A stretch of 64,000 nt of DNA from Eledone cirrhosa (Eukaryota): positions 155,806,001 to 155,870,000 of the forward strand of contig OZ024743.1 in the NCBI GenBank assembly GCA_964016885.1, written 5' to 3'. The notes under the pieces are model-generated. The model was not told where the DNA came from. It ran no database searches and saw only the letters and a program-made list of their open reading frames with translations. The number at the start of each line of letters is the position of its first letter. Positions within the stretch are counted from its first letter, which is position 1. This document shows, in pieces, positions 39,189-52,439 of the stretch. A program made the position numbers and the translations under genes.

Positions 39189-42100
39189 ATTCGAATACTA
39201 CATTACAATGAAACTTATGCTTATTCATTTTTGGGGCCCTTTCTGCCCGTGTGTTTGTTTGTTTATGTGTGTCCGTATAGAGCGTGGTGATAATGCCACA
39301 CAAGGGCCAAGTGGGATGGCGGATCCACAGATGACTATGTAAACATACATTCGCCAATCCTCGATAAGAGTGTTTAAATATCGAACATAAACAGTTCGAA
39401 TAACGGTAAAATGGAGACTAGAACGTCATGTGACAGAGTCTCACCCAACAGGTGCCCCCTGGCTCAGCAGCAGGAACCTGACTGTCAACCAAATACTGCT
39501 GATGTTGGAGGAAGAAGAAGAAGGAAAGGGGCCAGAACCAACTGGACGAAAGAATTGAATAGAACTGTTATGCAATGCTACCTGAAAAGTAACCCCAAGG
39601 AGAGGGGCTACAGGAGACGGATGCATAACATCTGGAACGAGATTGGTTTATTTAAATTAGATGAACAAAAATTGGGCCGGGCAGGCTCGGGTAATAAGAA
39701 CTAATGGGTGGATAAGCGAGCTGGAACTGGAGGAACTGAGCAGAGAGAATGGCTTGGAGATGGCGGGTGTAGTATGCCAGACAAGCGAGCCGGCGGGAAA
39801 TGAAGGTGAGGAGGTCCTGAGAACGGAGGAACCACCCGAAGCAGACAATGATCTGAATACTGAGATAAATAATACCTGGAACAGAGATACGGCCACTGAG
39901 GAGATGAATGCTGACGGGCTAGGACAAGATTCGGTTGACATCCTAAATTTAGTGGTAGATGAGTTGAACAATGATAGTGGGAGACCTATGAACCTAAGAT
40001 TTGTAGACAGGAAAAAGTTAAAAGAAACAACAGCTAAGGTAAACAAAGTCATCCCATACCTTGAGGCGAGGAGTCTTCACCAGTGCAACAATATCCTCAA
40101 AGCAACAGCAAATACGGTGAGGAAACTACTTGGTATAAAAGCGAGAGGAAACAACAGACAAGAAAGAGCAGAGCCGTGGTGGAAGAAGCGACTGAGTGGG
40201 CAAATCGGGGAAATGAGAAATGACATAGGAAAGCTTGAGTCACTACTGAATGGGACACTAAAAAACATAGGCACTAAATATAGACTGGAAATAAAATACA
40301 AAACTAGGAGTAAAAAGCTAAATATTATCATAGAGGAATTGAAGCAACGCATTGTAGCAAAGAGTGCCAAAATCAGGCGATACGAGAACAGAGTCAGTCA
40401 GTATAAACAGAACCGAATGTTCGACAACAACCAGAAGATGCTGTTTGGACAGCTTGAGGGGAAAGAAAGAGGCAACGACTTGATCCCTGGGGCGGAACAA
40501 GCTAAAACATTCTGGAGAGGAATATGGGAGCAGGATGTTAGACACAATGCCCAGGCAGGGTGGATTGAGACAGTACAGAGGGAGATCGGTGAGCAGGCAC
40601 AGCAACAGACTGATTTGAGTATCACAGTTGAAACTCTTAAGGGGCAAGCCAAAAAACTAACCAACTGGAAATCACCAGGCCCAGATGGTGTGCAGGGGTA
40701 TTTGATTAAACATTTAACATCCCTCCACCCGAAGCTGACGGCCATGTTCAATGACTGCTTGGTGTCGGGTGAGGTGCCAGAGTGGTTGACAAAAGGTACC
40801 ACAGTTCTGATAATGAAAGACCGAATCAAGGGTAATGATGTTACCAACTATAGACCTATCACATGTCTGCCCGTAATGTGGAAACTGTTGACGAGCATTG
40901 TGTCTGAGGAAATCTACCATCACCTCCACACAAACAACTTGTTGCCGGACGAACAGAAAGGATGCCGAAAGAAGTCACGTGGTACAAAGGACCAGTTGCT
41001 TATTGATAAGATGGTAATGGGGAATTGCAGGAGGAGACACACTGATATTGCCATGGGATGGATAGACTACAGAAAGGCATTTGACATGGTGCCTCATTCC
41101 TGGATCACCAAAAGCCTGGAGATCTTCAGGGTGGCAGATAACATCAGACAGTTGCTGGGCAGGAGTATGGGGTCCTGGGAGACAGAGTTGACATCAACTG
41201 GAGTATCCTTGGGAAGCGTGAAGATCAAGAGAGGTATCTTCCAGGGAGATAGCTTGTCCCCTCTGTTGTTTGTCCTTGCCCTGATGCCCTTGACCATTAT
41301 GCTGCGAAAAAAGAGAGCAGGATACAAGTTGGGAAGGGGAGAGCTTACCATCAATCACCTCCTCTTCATGGACGATCTTAAGCTCTTCGGGAAAAGTGAG
41401 AAGGAGTTGGATGTGCATGTTGACACTGTCCGTATTTTCAGCAGTGATATATGTATGCAGTTTGGTATTGGTAAATGTGGAGTCATTGTGATGAGGAGGG
41501 GTAGGTTGAGCAGAAGTAACGGGATCCAGATACCAACAGGTGAGATGATAAAGGAAATTGACTCTGAGGAAGGATACAAGTATTTGGGCGTTCTGGAGGC
41601 TGATGGCATAAAGAACAAAAAAATGAAGGAATTGTTAAGAACTGAATACATTCGGAGAGTAAGGAGCGTATTGAAGTCACATCTGAACAGCAGAAATGCC
41701 ATAAGCGCAGTAAATTCCCGAGCTGTGTCTATTATTAGGTACAGTGCGGGAATTCTGAGATGGAATGTTGCTGAACAAAAAGAAATGGATAGGAAGACTA
41801 GGAAGCTATTGACTATCTACAACATGTTCCACAAGAGGAGTGATGTCGATAGACACTACCTAAGGAGATCTGAGGGTGGAAGAGGTCTTATCAGCATAGA
41901 GGACTGTGTTCAGATGGAGAAAAACAACCTATACAAATACGTGACCTATAGTAAGGAGCCAATGCTCAGAGCTGTACTGAAGGAGGGGACAGTAGGCCAG
42001 GGGATACCCAAGGAGGAAATAACATCAAGGAGGAAGAGCAGCCTTAAGGGAAAATCCCTTCATAGTACCTTCTTTGAGAAAACTGAATTTAGAGATCCAC

Positions 42101-42878
42101 AGACATGGAACTGGTTGAGAAGAGGAGACCTCAAAAAGGCTACAGAAGGAATGCTAATGGCTGCGCAGGAGCAGGCCCTCAAAACGAAGTGGTTGAAGCA
42201 CCATATCTACAAGGAGGAGGCTAGCCCACTGTGCAGGATCTGTGGAGAGAGAGAGGAGACTGTGACTCACATTGTGTCCGAGTGTAAACACCTAGCCCAG
42301 ACTCACTATAAGGGCTGGAGACACGATGTGATGGGCAGGGTGATCCACTGGCACCTGTGCAAAGTAAACAATCTACCACATTCTGAGAAATGGTATGAGC
42401 ATAGGCCAGAGGCGGTGATAGAGAACAGTCAGGTGAAGGTGCTGTGGGATTTTAGGATACAGACGGACAAAAAACTGGAACACAATAGACCTGACCTGGT
42501 GGTTGTGGACAAAGAAAAAAGATCGTGCCTGATTGTGGATGTGGCCTGCCCGTTCGACACGAGAGTGCAAGAGAAGGAGAGGGAGAAAATTAACCGATAC
42601 CAGGACCTAAAGTGGGAGGTGAAAAGGATTTGGAACTGCCATGAAGTCAAAGTGATCCCGATTGTCATAGGCGCACTGGGGACTATCTCCAAAGGTTTCC
42701 AGGGATGGTTAAAGAAAATCGGCCCCTTCACGCTTTTTGGAACGCTTCAAAAGGCATGCTTGCTTGGAACGGCAAGAACCCTCCGATAAGTCCTGAATAA
42801 CTGAGGCTGCAGGTAGTGGCTTGATATTCAATCCAACGGACTTTCCAGTTAACCAACATCAATGACTGAGATTCAAGG
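39189..42878 (+). mobile_element. R4/Dong-type family a, copy E (best preserved)
   Basis: ORF from 39411, +1 G near 39675, then open for 1042 aa to a premature TAA at 42787 five codons from the normal end; (TAA)n-like tail 42879-42919. Confidence 0.94.
39411..42789 (+). pseudogene. Near-intact RT/CCHC/RLE ORF of family a (single frameshift)
   Basis: ORFs 39411-39704 and 39661-42789 together give almost the full protein; the frameshift could be a sequencing error. Confidence 0.85.
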
Positions 42879-42939
42879 AATAACAATAACAATAATAATA
42901 ATAATAATAATAATGATAAAGAAAGACGGTTTAATTTGT

Positions 42940-43098
42940 CCATCCCTATTTATTTTATTATGCGTATTTCGAAGACGTATGGCATCAAACTTTCCGACTC
43001 GATTGCTAAAGGCATAGCCCAGAATATAGTAAAAATTAACAATAGAAATCTTGGAATTAAACAAAGGAAGATACGTATATTAAAATAAATAGGGATGG
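42940..43098. repeat. Short foldback with ~31-bp inverted arms
   Basis: ccatccctatttattttattatgcgtatttc versus gaagatacgtatattaaaataaatagggatgg. Confidence 0.75.
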
Positions 43099-43214
43099 AG
43101 AAATGAAACTCTTTTTCCTGTTTGTTATTATAATAAGACTCTGGATAAACACTAGAAACCGTGCCTCAAATTGAGTTGGGAAGACCCTTACATTATGTCA
43201 CGTTACCACACCCT

Positions 43215-43312
43215 CTCTAGTGTTGGTGATGTAAACAATAAAATCACCCAGTACATGCTGTAATGGGGTTGGTTATCGGATGGACATCCAGCCGAAGAAA
43301 GCATGCCAAACA
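43215..43312 (+). mobile_element. Degenerate SINE fragment (cephalopod-type)
   Basis: cacccagtacatgctgtaatggggttggttatcggatggacatccagccgaagaaagcatgccaaa resembles an octopus SINE 3' part recalled from memory. Confidence 0.5.
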
Positions 43313-43554
43313 AATGGTTGAGAGGACATGACGGCTCCCTAGTTTTGATGTTATATACGACCAATGTACTCAGTGGACGTGGTAAATTGTTTGCTGTTAG
43401 CAAGGCGTGGAATGAAACTTCAGTTGTGTCAAAGATATGACAGCTATATTTGTATATTCGGTATAATGAGAGACCGGGGAAAGTCAGTAGCCCGGCTTCA
43501 GTAGAACCATGATCTGTCTTGATCCGCCGAACTGTTACGGAAATTAAACGCTAA

Positions 43555-43665
43555 ATAATTGTTTCTACTTTTGGCACCAGGCCAGCAATTATCCAGTGGT
43601 ACTTTATTTTATCGACCCCGTAAGGATGAAAGGCAAAGTTAACCTCGGCGGGATTTGAACTCAGA
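43555..43665 (-). mobile_element. SINE fragment, same family as 3935-4045
   Basis: ggtactttattttatcgaccccgtaaggatgaaaggcaaagttaacctcggcgggatttgaactcag is the reverse complement of the 3955-4020 motif. Confidence 0.65.
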
Positions 43666-43972
43666 TCATAAAGGGAGGTAATGCTATGCTTCAAATCATT
43701 ATTTAGACGCTAAATAATGATGATGAGGATGATGATGATGAAGGTGATGATGTTGATCCTTAATTCTACATTCATGTTATAATAAACATCTAGATTACAT
43801 CAATAAAATATGGATATATATAGGGCTAGTGCTTCAGTCCAGGGGTTTTAATGTAAAAGCACGCAGTCTATTTTACTATTATTTTACCGTTATGCACAAT
43901 GGTATCGAATAAACTGATGAACTCTGTTAGTGACGTGTTTGAATCCTGTTTCTGTTTCTGCTTTATATTTTA

Positions 43973-45623
43973 CTAGCAGTGGTACCCGGTGTTGCACGGG
44001 ATAAGGTATTTTGGAACGCGGGCTGCCAACAGTCCTAATCGTGGAAAAACTGCATGCCTGGACAATATGTAAAGAAAACAAACTGAATACTTTGATGGCT
44101 GGATAATCTTTAAGATTTTCCTCGATGAAGCAAGAAAAATACAGGTTTTCATCTAATGTTTTCTAGGGATCAGGAAAATGAATTTTTTTATGTGCATAAT
44201 ATACCTTTAAATTTCGGGAAAAAGGGGCTACACAAAAAGCCCTAAGAAGCTGAACAAATGAAGTGTTTCACCTAATGCGGCCCCTAGGCCATGAGAAAGT
44301 TGGATTGTCTTTGCTTACGGTATGAAGAAGAGGCTGATTAATACATAGTTACAATTTCAAGGAAATCAGTCTGACGTAACGCCTAAAAAAACCCCTAAAA
44401 ATCTTAAAAAACGCAGTTTGTCACCTAATGTGGGCCCTAGGAGATAAACAAAGTTGAATGTCTTTTATGTGCATAACACTCCCTGAAACATAAGTAATAC
44501 AAATGTAAAGTTTGAAAAGAATCGGTTAGGTACTTCTCGAGATTTAGCGATTCAAACTCACAGACATACACACACACACAGAGAGACATCCTCAGGGTAG
44601 TGACGTAATGCAGACAGCTAGATATACAGACAGATATTATAAGGGCGCGAGGTTATATGTATGTATCTATCTAATAAGAGAAAGACTAAGAATTATAGAG
44701 CGAGATCGCTAAATCCCCTAATGCGGTCCCTAGTCCATTGAACATTTGACATTTCTTTTTTTCAGAACACTCATTGAAACATAAGTATTACATGTGTAAA
44801 GTTTGAAAACAGTCGGTTTGGTGCTTCTCTACAATACTAAGCGGTAAAATTGTAACTTTTGTTCTCGTAAAGGCACGTAAGTAAGCAAACTGAAGCTATT
44901 ACAGCGATGTTTTTCTTTACCGGCTTTAATTTTTAGCGTTGTGTGAAATATATAACCTGCAAACCTGATTTTTTAATCGCGGCAGGATTGACTTTATTTC
45001 ACTCGCTCCACTAAATGTTGGATTTTCTTTGCTCACGGTATGAAGAAGAGACTGACTAATACATAGTTACCGGTTTTCATTGTTTGTGTTGTGTGAAATA
45101 TATAACCGCCTTAGCTAAGCTTAGTATTGCCACAACCAGGGCTGACAAAGAATTAAGTGTCTGGTAATGTAACTAAGCAACACTGTGTCTTAAACGTGAG
45201 GAAGAAATTGTGTGCACTTACCAACTGTTTGGGGAATGTGTGTGAGATTTGTCTTGAGCAAGGGTGGCAGAATAACCAGAGGCACCAGACAGCTAGACAT
45301 ACAGACATATATTATAAGGGAGCGTTCTGGACAGAGAGGGAATTGTAGGAAGTCACGTAATGCAGACAGTCAGACATACATACATATAATATAAGGGCGC
45401 GACGTTATATGCATGTATCTATCTAAAATGAGAAAGACTACGTATTATAGAGCGAGATCGGTAAATCGCATTGGAAATTTGGAATATTTCTTCCTCAGAA
45501 CACTCCCTGAAACATAAGTATACATGTGTAAAGTTTGAAAGCAGTCGGTTGGGTGGTTCTCAAGTCTTAGGGATTCGAACTCACAAACACACAGACAGAC
45601 ATCCTCAGTTTTATATATATAGA
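43973..45623 (-). mobile_element. Non-autonomous Helitron
   Basis: Minus strand begins A|TCtatatatataaaactgagg and ends cccgtgcaacaccggg hairpin + taccactgCTAG|T; internal repeats (44590-44820 ~ 45350-45550). Confidence 0.8.
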
Positions 45624-46538
45624 TTATCTGATATACTTGCCGACTTACTGGAAATGTATTGGAACATAGCCGTGGATTAATAACCAATTAGCTGTCACAT
45701 ACGCATAGTCAATATCGATATTTTTGATGTGTGTGCGTAGAATACGGTAATGCAGTTACCCATGTTTTCATTTTCAGAGTAAGTCTAATTATTTAAAAAT
45801 AACACTAAAGCTGATTTAATTGCATATTATATTATCTAACACACTTCATTTTGCGCGCGCAGGAATAAAGATGTATACATACATATATTTGTGTGCGTGC
45901 GTGTGTGTCTGCTTCTATGTTTGTGTGTATGATTATGGGCGTATCTCAGAGTTTGAGACTGTACGCGTGACTGCGCGAGTATGGGCGTGTAACAATTTTT
46001 AAAACTTCCATTTTTGTTTCTACGCAGGAAAGTTGTAAAGTGAAAGTTATTAAAGGAAGTTTATTGGTAGAAATATATCGCTGAAGTAGAACAAGCCTTC
46101 ACACATATATTCACATATGTCCATTCTCATTTTACGAAAGACAAGAATGTGCTGTAGTATTTATTATCATAAGTTTACATCAATTGCTTCTTATATAATT
46201 GTACTAACCACTTCTGTGTTTGAATATATCGTCCAAGCCAAAATATATGCTGAAATGCTTGATGTTCTTTACGGGTATAAAGTATCACTTTCATATCTAT
46301 ATCTGACATAGGAACATTTGATAGTATAAAACCATGAATGTTTCGCTTCTGATATAATTTCGACATCCATTTGAAATGCATCGATCATAACTCATTGGCA
46401 ATATTATTAAGAATCCAAATATATTCTCTACTTCAATATCGATATTTCGACAGCAGATATGTATTTTGATTTAGCAATTCCTTAATAATTTATTAATGTT
46501 TTACCATATAATCGTCTTTTATATATATATACATACCC

Positions 46539-46587
<49 letters not shown>

Positions 46588-46588
46588 G

Positions 46589-46634
<46 letters not shown>

Positions 46635-47043
46635 TATATATATATATATATGTATGTCGTAGACTAATGTTTTATTACAATAGAATTCGTTCTATTAAGG
46701 ATTCTAATGCCGTGCACGTCCATTCCGACAAAACTGGCAACCTATATCAAGTGGAGCGCAGTACTTACCATCTACTACTACATAATGCTTTAACTAAGGA
46801 TTCCCGTAAAACTAATCGGTGCGTCATCAATGAAATCAACGATGCTGGGTTTAAAATTACATCTAATCTCAACATCCTGGACCGGACCGAACCTCTGGAC
46901 CCTATTTCTACCCACTTTTCCCTTAGGATCACAAATCCAATTTTCCGAACAACCCCTCTATTCGGCTTATTAACCCTACGAAATCCGATTTAGGTAGACT
47001 TAGTAAAACGATTCTTGATAGAATTATACCTGAAATTAGAAGT

Positions 47044-48513
47044 TTGGCCCCTCTAGCACTCTGGAACAATTCTTTCGCGGTGATTGATTGGTTCAACGGC
47101 ATATGTAACAAGGAACATTGCCGTTTTATCCAATTCGACATTAACAATTACTACTCCTCCATCACTTTACCACTTCTCCTTAGAGCTATCAATTTCGCTA
47201 AAACACTCACAGTGGTTAAGGATTTCGAAGTTGATGCCATCCTCAATGCCCGTAAGTCGGTGATTAACTTCGACGACTCTATTTGGATTAAAAAATCCAA
47301 TAGTACCCCATTCGACGTGAGTATGGGCGCCAGTGATTCTGCGGAGGTCACTGATCTTATCGGCCTTTTCCTTCTTTTCTCTATCCGGGACGAATTCCCC
47401 AACGCGGGCGGTGGTTTGTACCCTGACGATGGTATTTTGACCATGACTAAGTGCAGACCTCGTGTTTGCGACAGGTTCAGAAAAGAACTCACAGCCTTCT
47501 TTAAAGGCATCAACTTCTCTATACAGGTTGAGGCCAATCTCTATGTCGTTAATTACCTCGACGTTACCCTCAATTTATTGAATGGGTTGTATTACCCGTA
47601 TAGAAAGCCGAATGATATGCTTAATTACATAAGTAAGCATTCCAAACATCCTGCCATCATAACAAAGAACCTGGTAAGAAACGTTTCGTTGAGGCTTTCC
47701 CGTCTTTCCACCAACGAGCGTATTTTCAACGACCATTCCACTTATTACAATGAAGCTCTTGCTCGAAGTGGATTTGTAGATAAGGTAGCATATACAGAGT
47801 ACGAAAATAGACATGGAAGAAATAGATCCCGTCGAATTTGTTGGTATAACCCACCATATAATATGGAGGTGGCCACACCATTAGCTAAGATCTGTCTTTC
47901 CCTAATTCCAAAGCATTTTCCTCCTACACATAAGTATAGTAAAACTTTTAATAGAAATACTATTAAAATGTCTTACTCTACGACTCCTAACCTTGCACAT
48001 AACATCACAGCTTCAAATATAGCTAAACTACCTGGTCGTAGCAACACGTGCAACCCTGTAGTTAGTACTAACTGTAATTGTAGGGATCGGGTTGATTGCC
48101 CTCTATCCGGGAAATACCTCTCTAGTAACATTGTCTACACATGTAAGGTTGTAACACCCACGTCCCGGAGGGCCTACATAGGGTTAACCGCCAATAGATT
48201 CAAGCAGCGTCTTTACATGCATACCCATTCTTTTCGTTACCCTCTAAGAAGGAATATGACGTCACTTTCAGCTTATATCTGGAGTCTAAAAGACAACCAC
48301 ACCCAATATAAGTTACACTGGGAGATCCTAGCTAGGGCTAGATCGTATAACGGAAATAAAAGACCATGTGACCTCTGCGCCGCTGAGGCCCTGGAAATAC
48401 TCTACGCCACAGACCACATCTTAAACAAAAAATCTGAGGCAATTTCGGCTTGTAAACATAAATTGCACAAAGCTTTCCTGTATTACAGCCCCACGTTATA
48501 CCCTAACGGGTAG
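47044..48513 (+). pseudogene. Penelope-like RT-EN ORF (frameshifted upstream, YRDD changed to YPDD)
   Basis: 489-aa open segment; the N-terminal part lies in other frames from ~46660. Confidence 0.85.
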
Positions 48514-49447
48514 TACGATTTATACGTGGATATATTACGTCTTGATGTGGGAGCTAATTATGTGTTTGTTTATACCATTACTTATTTGCATAGGTAATAT
48601 ATTACCCGTATGTTTTGTGAAGGTACGTATACCTTCTCGTACGTATATTTGATTGTTTAGGTTATGGCGTATAATTTTATATATTCTGGTACATTTGGTT
48701 TGGCTATGTGTATACGGGAGTTTTGCGTCTCTGTGAGTATGCTGGTTCGTACTATGTAGGGTGTGTGTATATGTGTAATTCATGTTTTGGTTGACTTACG
48801 TCTCCGAACATTCGTGCATTTACATGTAGGTATGTGTGTGCGCTTGTTATATACGTATTTATTTATTTATATAAGTTTATATAATTATTTATTTATTTGT
48901 ATACACGCATACACACACACACATATTTATATGTGCGTGGTTTTGTATACCGATGGTAAGTGTTCTGCGTATGCTTGTGTATGTACGTATTTGTTTGCGT
49001 GTATGTATTTATTTATTTCTATTACTTCTGTATTGCATTTATTTACTTTGTTCTTAACTCTGTAGCGGAGATTAATTCGGTCTCCTAGTAAGAATTTTAG
49101 CCTACGACTTCTGCTATACCATTTACGTGATTTTGTCTTTGCGTGGTATTGTTCTCCACGCTCCACATATGACGTATTATCTTCGTTTTTTTTCGTTCAT
49201 TGCCAGAGAACGTCTCTGTGCACCACCTAAGAGAACATTAGTCTACGACCTCTTTGATACCATAAACGTGGTTCTGTCTTTGCGCGTAATTGTTTTTCAC
49301 CACTCCTATTAATGACGTATTATATTCGTTTTTTCCCGTTCTTTGCCAGCGAACGTTTCTACGAACCAAAGTATCGTCTTCCTGTCTTCCTCCGGTTGCA
49401 ACGTTTTTTTGAAATATCCACTTCTGCGTTTACAGATTGACTTTGTT

Positions 49448-49498
49448 AGTTTCAGAAGATCCCGTTAAGGGTGAAAGCAGCGATTCTTTGCTTAAACT
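49448..49498 (+). ncRNA. Hammerhead ribozyme with one core substitution
   Basis: agttt-CaGAAGA-t-ccc-gttaa-ggg-t-GAAA-gca...tgc-TT-aaact; all three stems pair. Confidence 0.6.
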
Positions 49499-49632
49499 TT
49501 CATCTGTTATTTTAATAAATATTTGCACTACGGTTCTTCTATATTTGATATATATTTATCCTTATCGAGCCCTCTTTGGATTTTAGTCTTCAAATTTATT
49601 ATTCTTACTATATATATAAATATATATATATA

Positions 49633-49689
<57 letters not shown>

Positions 49690-49838
49690 GTATAACCAAA
49701 GATTAATATGGTTCATTGATTACTCAATGAATACAGTTTTACAATATATTAAAAGCACTCAACAGTGAAATATTCCTGGAATTTTAATATTATTCATTAT
49801 ATTAACAAATGAAGATATTCACATAATCAAAATATATG

Positions 49839-49902
49839 CTTTATTATATATATTTCGAAGGTACTGTATTGTTTTTTTCTAGTACGTCCTCGTCAGATAA
49901 AA
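49839..49902 (-). ncRNA. Minimal type I hammerhead ribozyme
   Basis: Minus strand: ttttat-CTGACGA-ggacgtact...agtaccttc-GAAA-tatat-ATA-ataaag. Confidence 0.72.
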
Positions 49903-50419
49903 TATATGATTTGATATATGACATATCTCTACGGTGTTGATATTTCAATTCCAGTATTGGCAGTCAACAACACCATGACCATGCTGAAAAATAGGAAACA
50001 ATTGAAAAGGAGGTCATAGACCTCCCTAGGTCAGTTTGTAAAGACATTGTACTACATCTCATCATGGACTTAAAAACATGTATTAAGATGGGCATCACTT
50101 GGAACATGTGCTATTTAACTCTGAATTGTAACTTCAGAAGAATGTGAAGTTTTTATATGTTTTTTTGTAATGTTAAAGATATTCGGATTGTCATTAGGGT
50201 TTTTTCTCAGAAAAGGGAAAATGTAGAGAAATCCATAAAAGTGTCTATCTGTTTAATCTTAAACATATAGTTGTTGGTAGATCTGTGGGTAGCTGATAAA
50301 TCTATCTGCACGTCTATTGTATCTACCAACAATAACAACAGCATTAGCAACAAGGCACAAATCGAAATCGCCGTCTGTCGACAGCCAGATATTTAGTGAG
50401 ACAATGTCATCGCAATTTA

Positions 50420-52430
50420 ATTGTTATATATGTGACAATGATTACACAAAATTTCCATGAATCTAAAACAAAATATCGGACTGCTGAGTTTGACAGGATT
50501 GAGAAGAACCATTAAATAGTGAGGATTAAGCAAAATTTATATTCAATGTTGTAGTCAGGTGATTTAAATATTAGTAGTATGAACTCAATTACATCCTTAC
50601 AATCTGGCATTGATAATTATTATGCCTCTATCTCACCTACTATTTTAACTAGGACGTTAAAATTTGCCCAAACATTTACCATTCTAAAAAAAGCATGAAA
50701 TAGACATTTTTCTCACTGCTAGGCCTAATATTATAGAGTTTGATTGTGTTTTGTGGACTAGAGCCAAACAGCTCAACAACGTGGACATAACTATGGCGTC
50801 CAGTGAGGCTGTGCATGTCACTGATTTACTTTTTATATACTTACTACAACGATTCAAGGTAGAGATTACTGCTCTACAGGGAAGTCTACTGTTAAGAAAT
50901 ATAATCAACGCAGGATCAAACATGTTAATAAAAAATTACATTCCTTCTTTCAAAAATGTTGGACTCATTATAACTATCGGATCTATCCCTAGAATGGTGA
51001 AATTCCTAGACGCCACATTAGAACTTGATATTGGGATATACCTTTTCTACCACAAGGTAGCGCAATTTCTGTCGAATTGCGCTACCTTGGTCTAGTGTTA
51101 ACTCAATATTTAAGGGGGATATCTCGTGACATTGCTAAACAATCTGCTACTGAACAGATGTTAAATGCCTCTGCGTCATATTTCAATGAAGTATTGTCTA
51201 GCCCAGGTTATGTCAGTAAGATAGTTTCCATCCCAAATACTGATTCTACATATTGCGTTAAAAATTATAATAACATAACACACAACGGTAACCATAGAAA
51301 TAATAATTATGTTATTGGAAGTTAAATTGTGGGTAGTAATAGCGAAATCAATAAACATTTAATTATAAAAATCTCCCTAAACATTCCTGAATCCATATCT
51401 AGGATTGAATTAAAAACCCTATTATCAACCCTATAAATAATAGAAACAACTATATTGGCTTACTGCCTACTCCTAACTTTAAATCCCGTATACGTATAAA
51501 TCATAATACCAAACATCAAGTTAAACCACAAGAGCATAATGTATACATTTAACTTAGATCAGGGTAACTATAACATAATATCTAATAACCTCCCAATAAA
51601 AGTTCTCCATACTGAGAATATTATTGAATCATTTTGAAAAAATAGGGGAGTGGTCGAAATATTTCGTGGTTTTATCCACCTCGTTGATTCAATGTGGATT
51701 CCAATATATCAAAAATATTCTTTAGTATTTTGGATAATAATTGTCCACCCGGTTACAAATACCATGAATTAATCAATACAGTTATGTTATCTTTTCCAAA
51801 CACCCTTAACTTACCTGATTATAAAACATTCAACAATTACCATAACCTTTCTAAATATAACATCTTTACAAACGATATGAATAAAATACAACATACTCAA
51901 CTTAATTCGAATTCCCCTAACATGAGTAATATTTCTAATGTTAGCAAAATTAAACAACCAGCTACACATCAATGGGAATACCTAAATTCTCTCGAAACCT
52001 TTAAATCATTCTCTAACCGGGAATGAAATTATCGAGTTCCCACTAATTGTCCTCTTAACGGATTCTAACTGATAAATAATATAGTAAATAAATGTAATGT
52101 ACTAGTTCATATATTTAGAGCGACAGCAAATCCATTTAAGACACGATATAATTCCAATGTTCCCTCGTTTTAAAACGATAGACATAAAGATAATATTTAC
52201 TTAGGAAGCGATATCACTAGTCTAATTGAGTCTAAAACTAGCTATAAACCCCAATGGGAAATATTAGACAGGTCTTTTGTGTATAAAGCTAAAAAGAAGT
52301 ATTATCGGTTATGTCTCTAGAAAGCATATTGTATTACAATGACGCACCCAAATTCCTTGAATATGTAGAAATAAATTAGTATTTAATTGTCTACATGGTT
52401 TTAATTATTCGTTCCTTAATAAGATAAATG
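50420..52430 (+). pseudogene. Heavily decayed Penelope-like (Naiad-type) RT-EN
   Basis: Remnants VDITMASSEAVHVTDL, KFLDATL, YFNEVLSSPGY, NISKIFFSILDNNCPPGYKY, NCPLNG. Confidence 0.72.
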
Positions 52431-52439
52431 ATCAAGTGA

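Larger units (their letters stand above)
46655..49607 (+). mobile_element. Penelope-like (Naiad-type) retroelement with RT + GIY-YIG and pseudo-LTR, between (CA)n/(AT)n tracts
   Basis: HSDKTGNLY; FIQFDINNYY; DVSMGASDSAEVTDLIG; GLYPDDG; NYLDVTL; WYNPPY; CNCRDRVDCPL; NIVY..YIGLT; CDLC. Confidence 0.92.

Noticed and set aside
11048-42919. (TAA)n tracts separated by long unique-looking blocks, superficially CRISPR-like or telomeric
   Set aside because: The spacers are retrotransposons, there are no cas genes, the DNA is eukaryotic, and no TTAGGG-type telomeric repeat array is present.
45700-46500. Possible host exon in the non-repetitive-looking AT-rich stretch
   Set aside because: Only short ORFs with no recognisable domain; a small exon cannot be excluded without RNA-seq.
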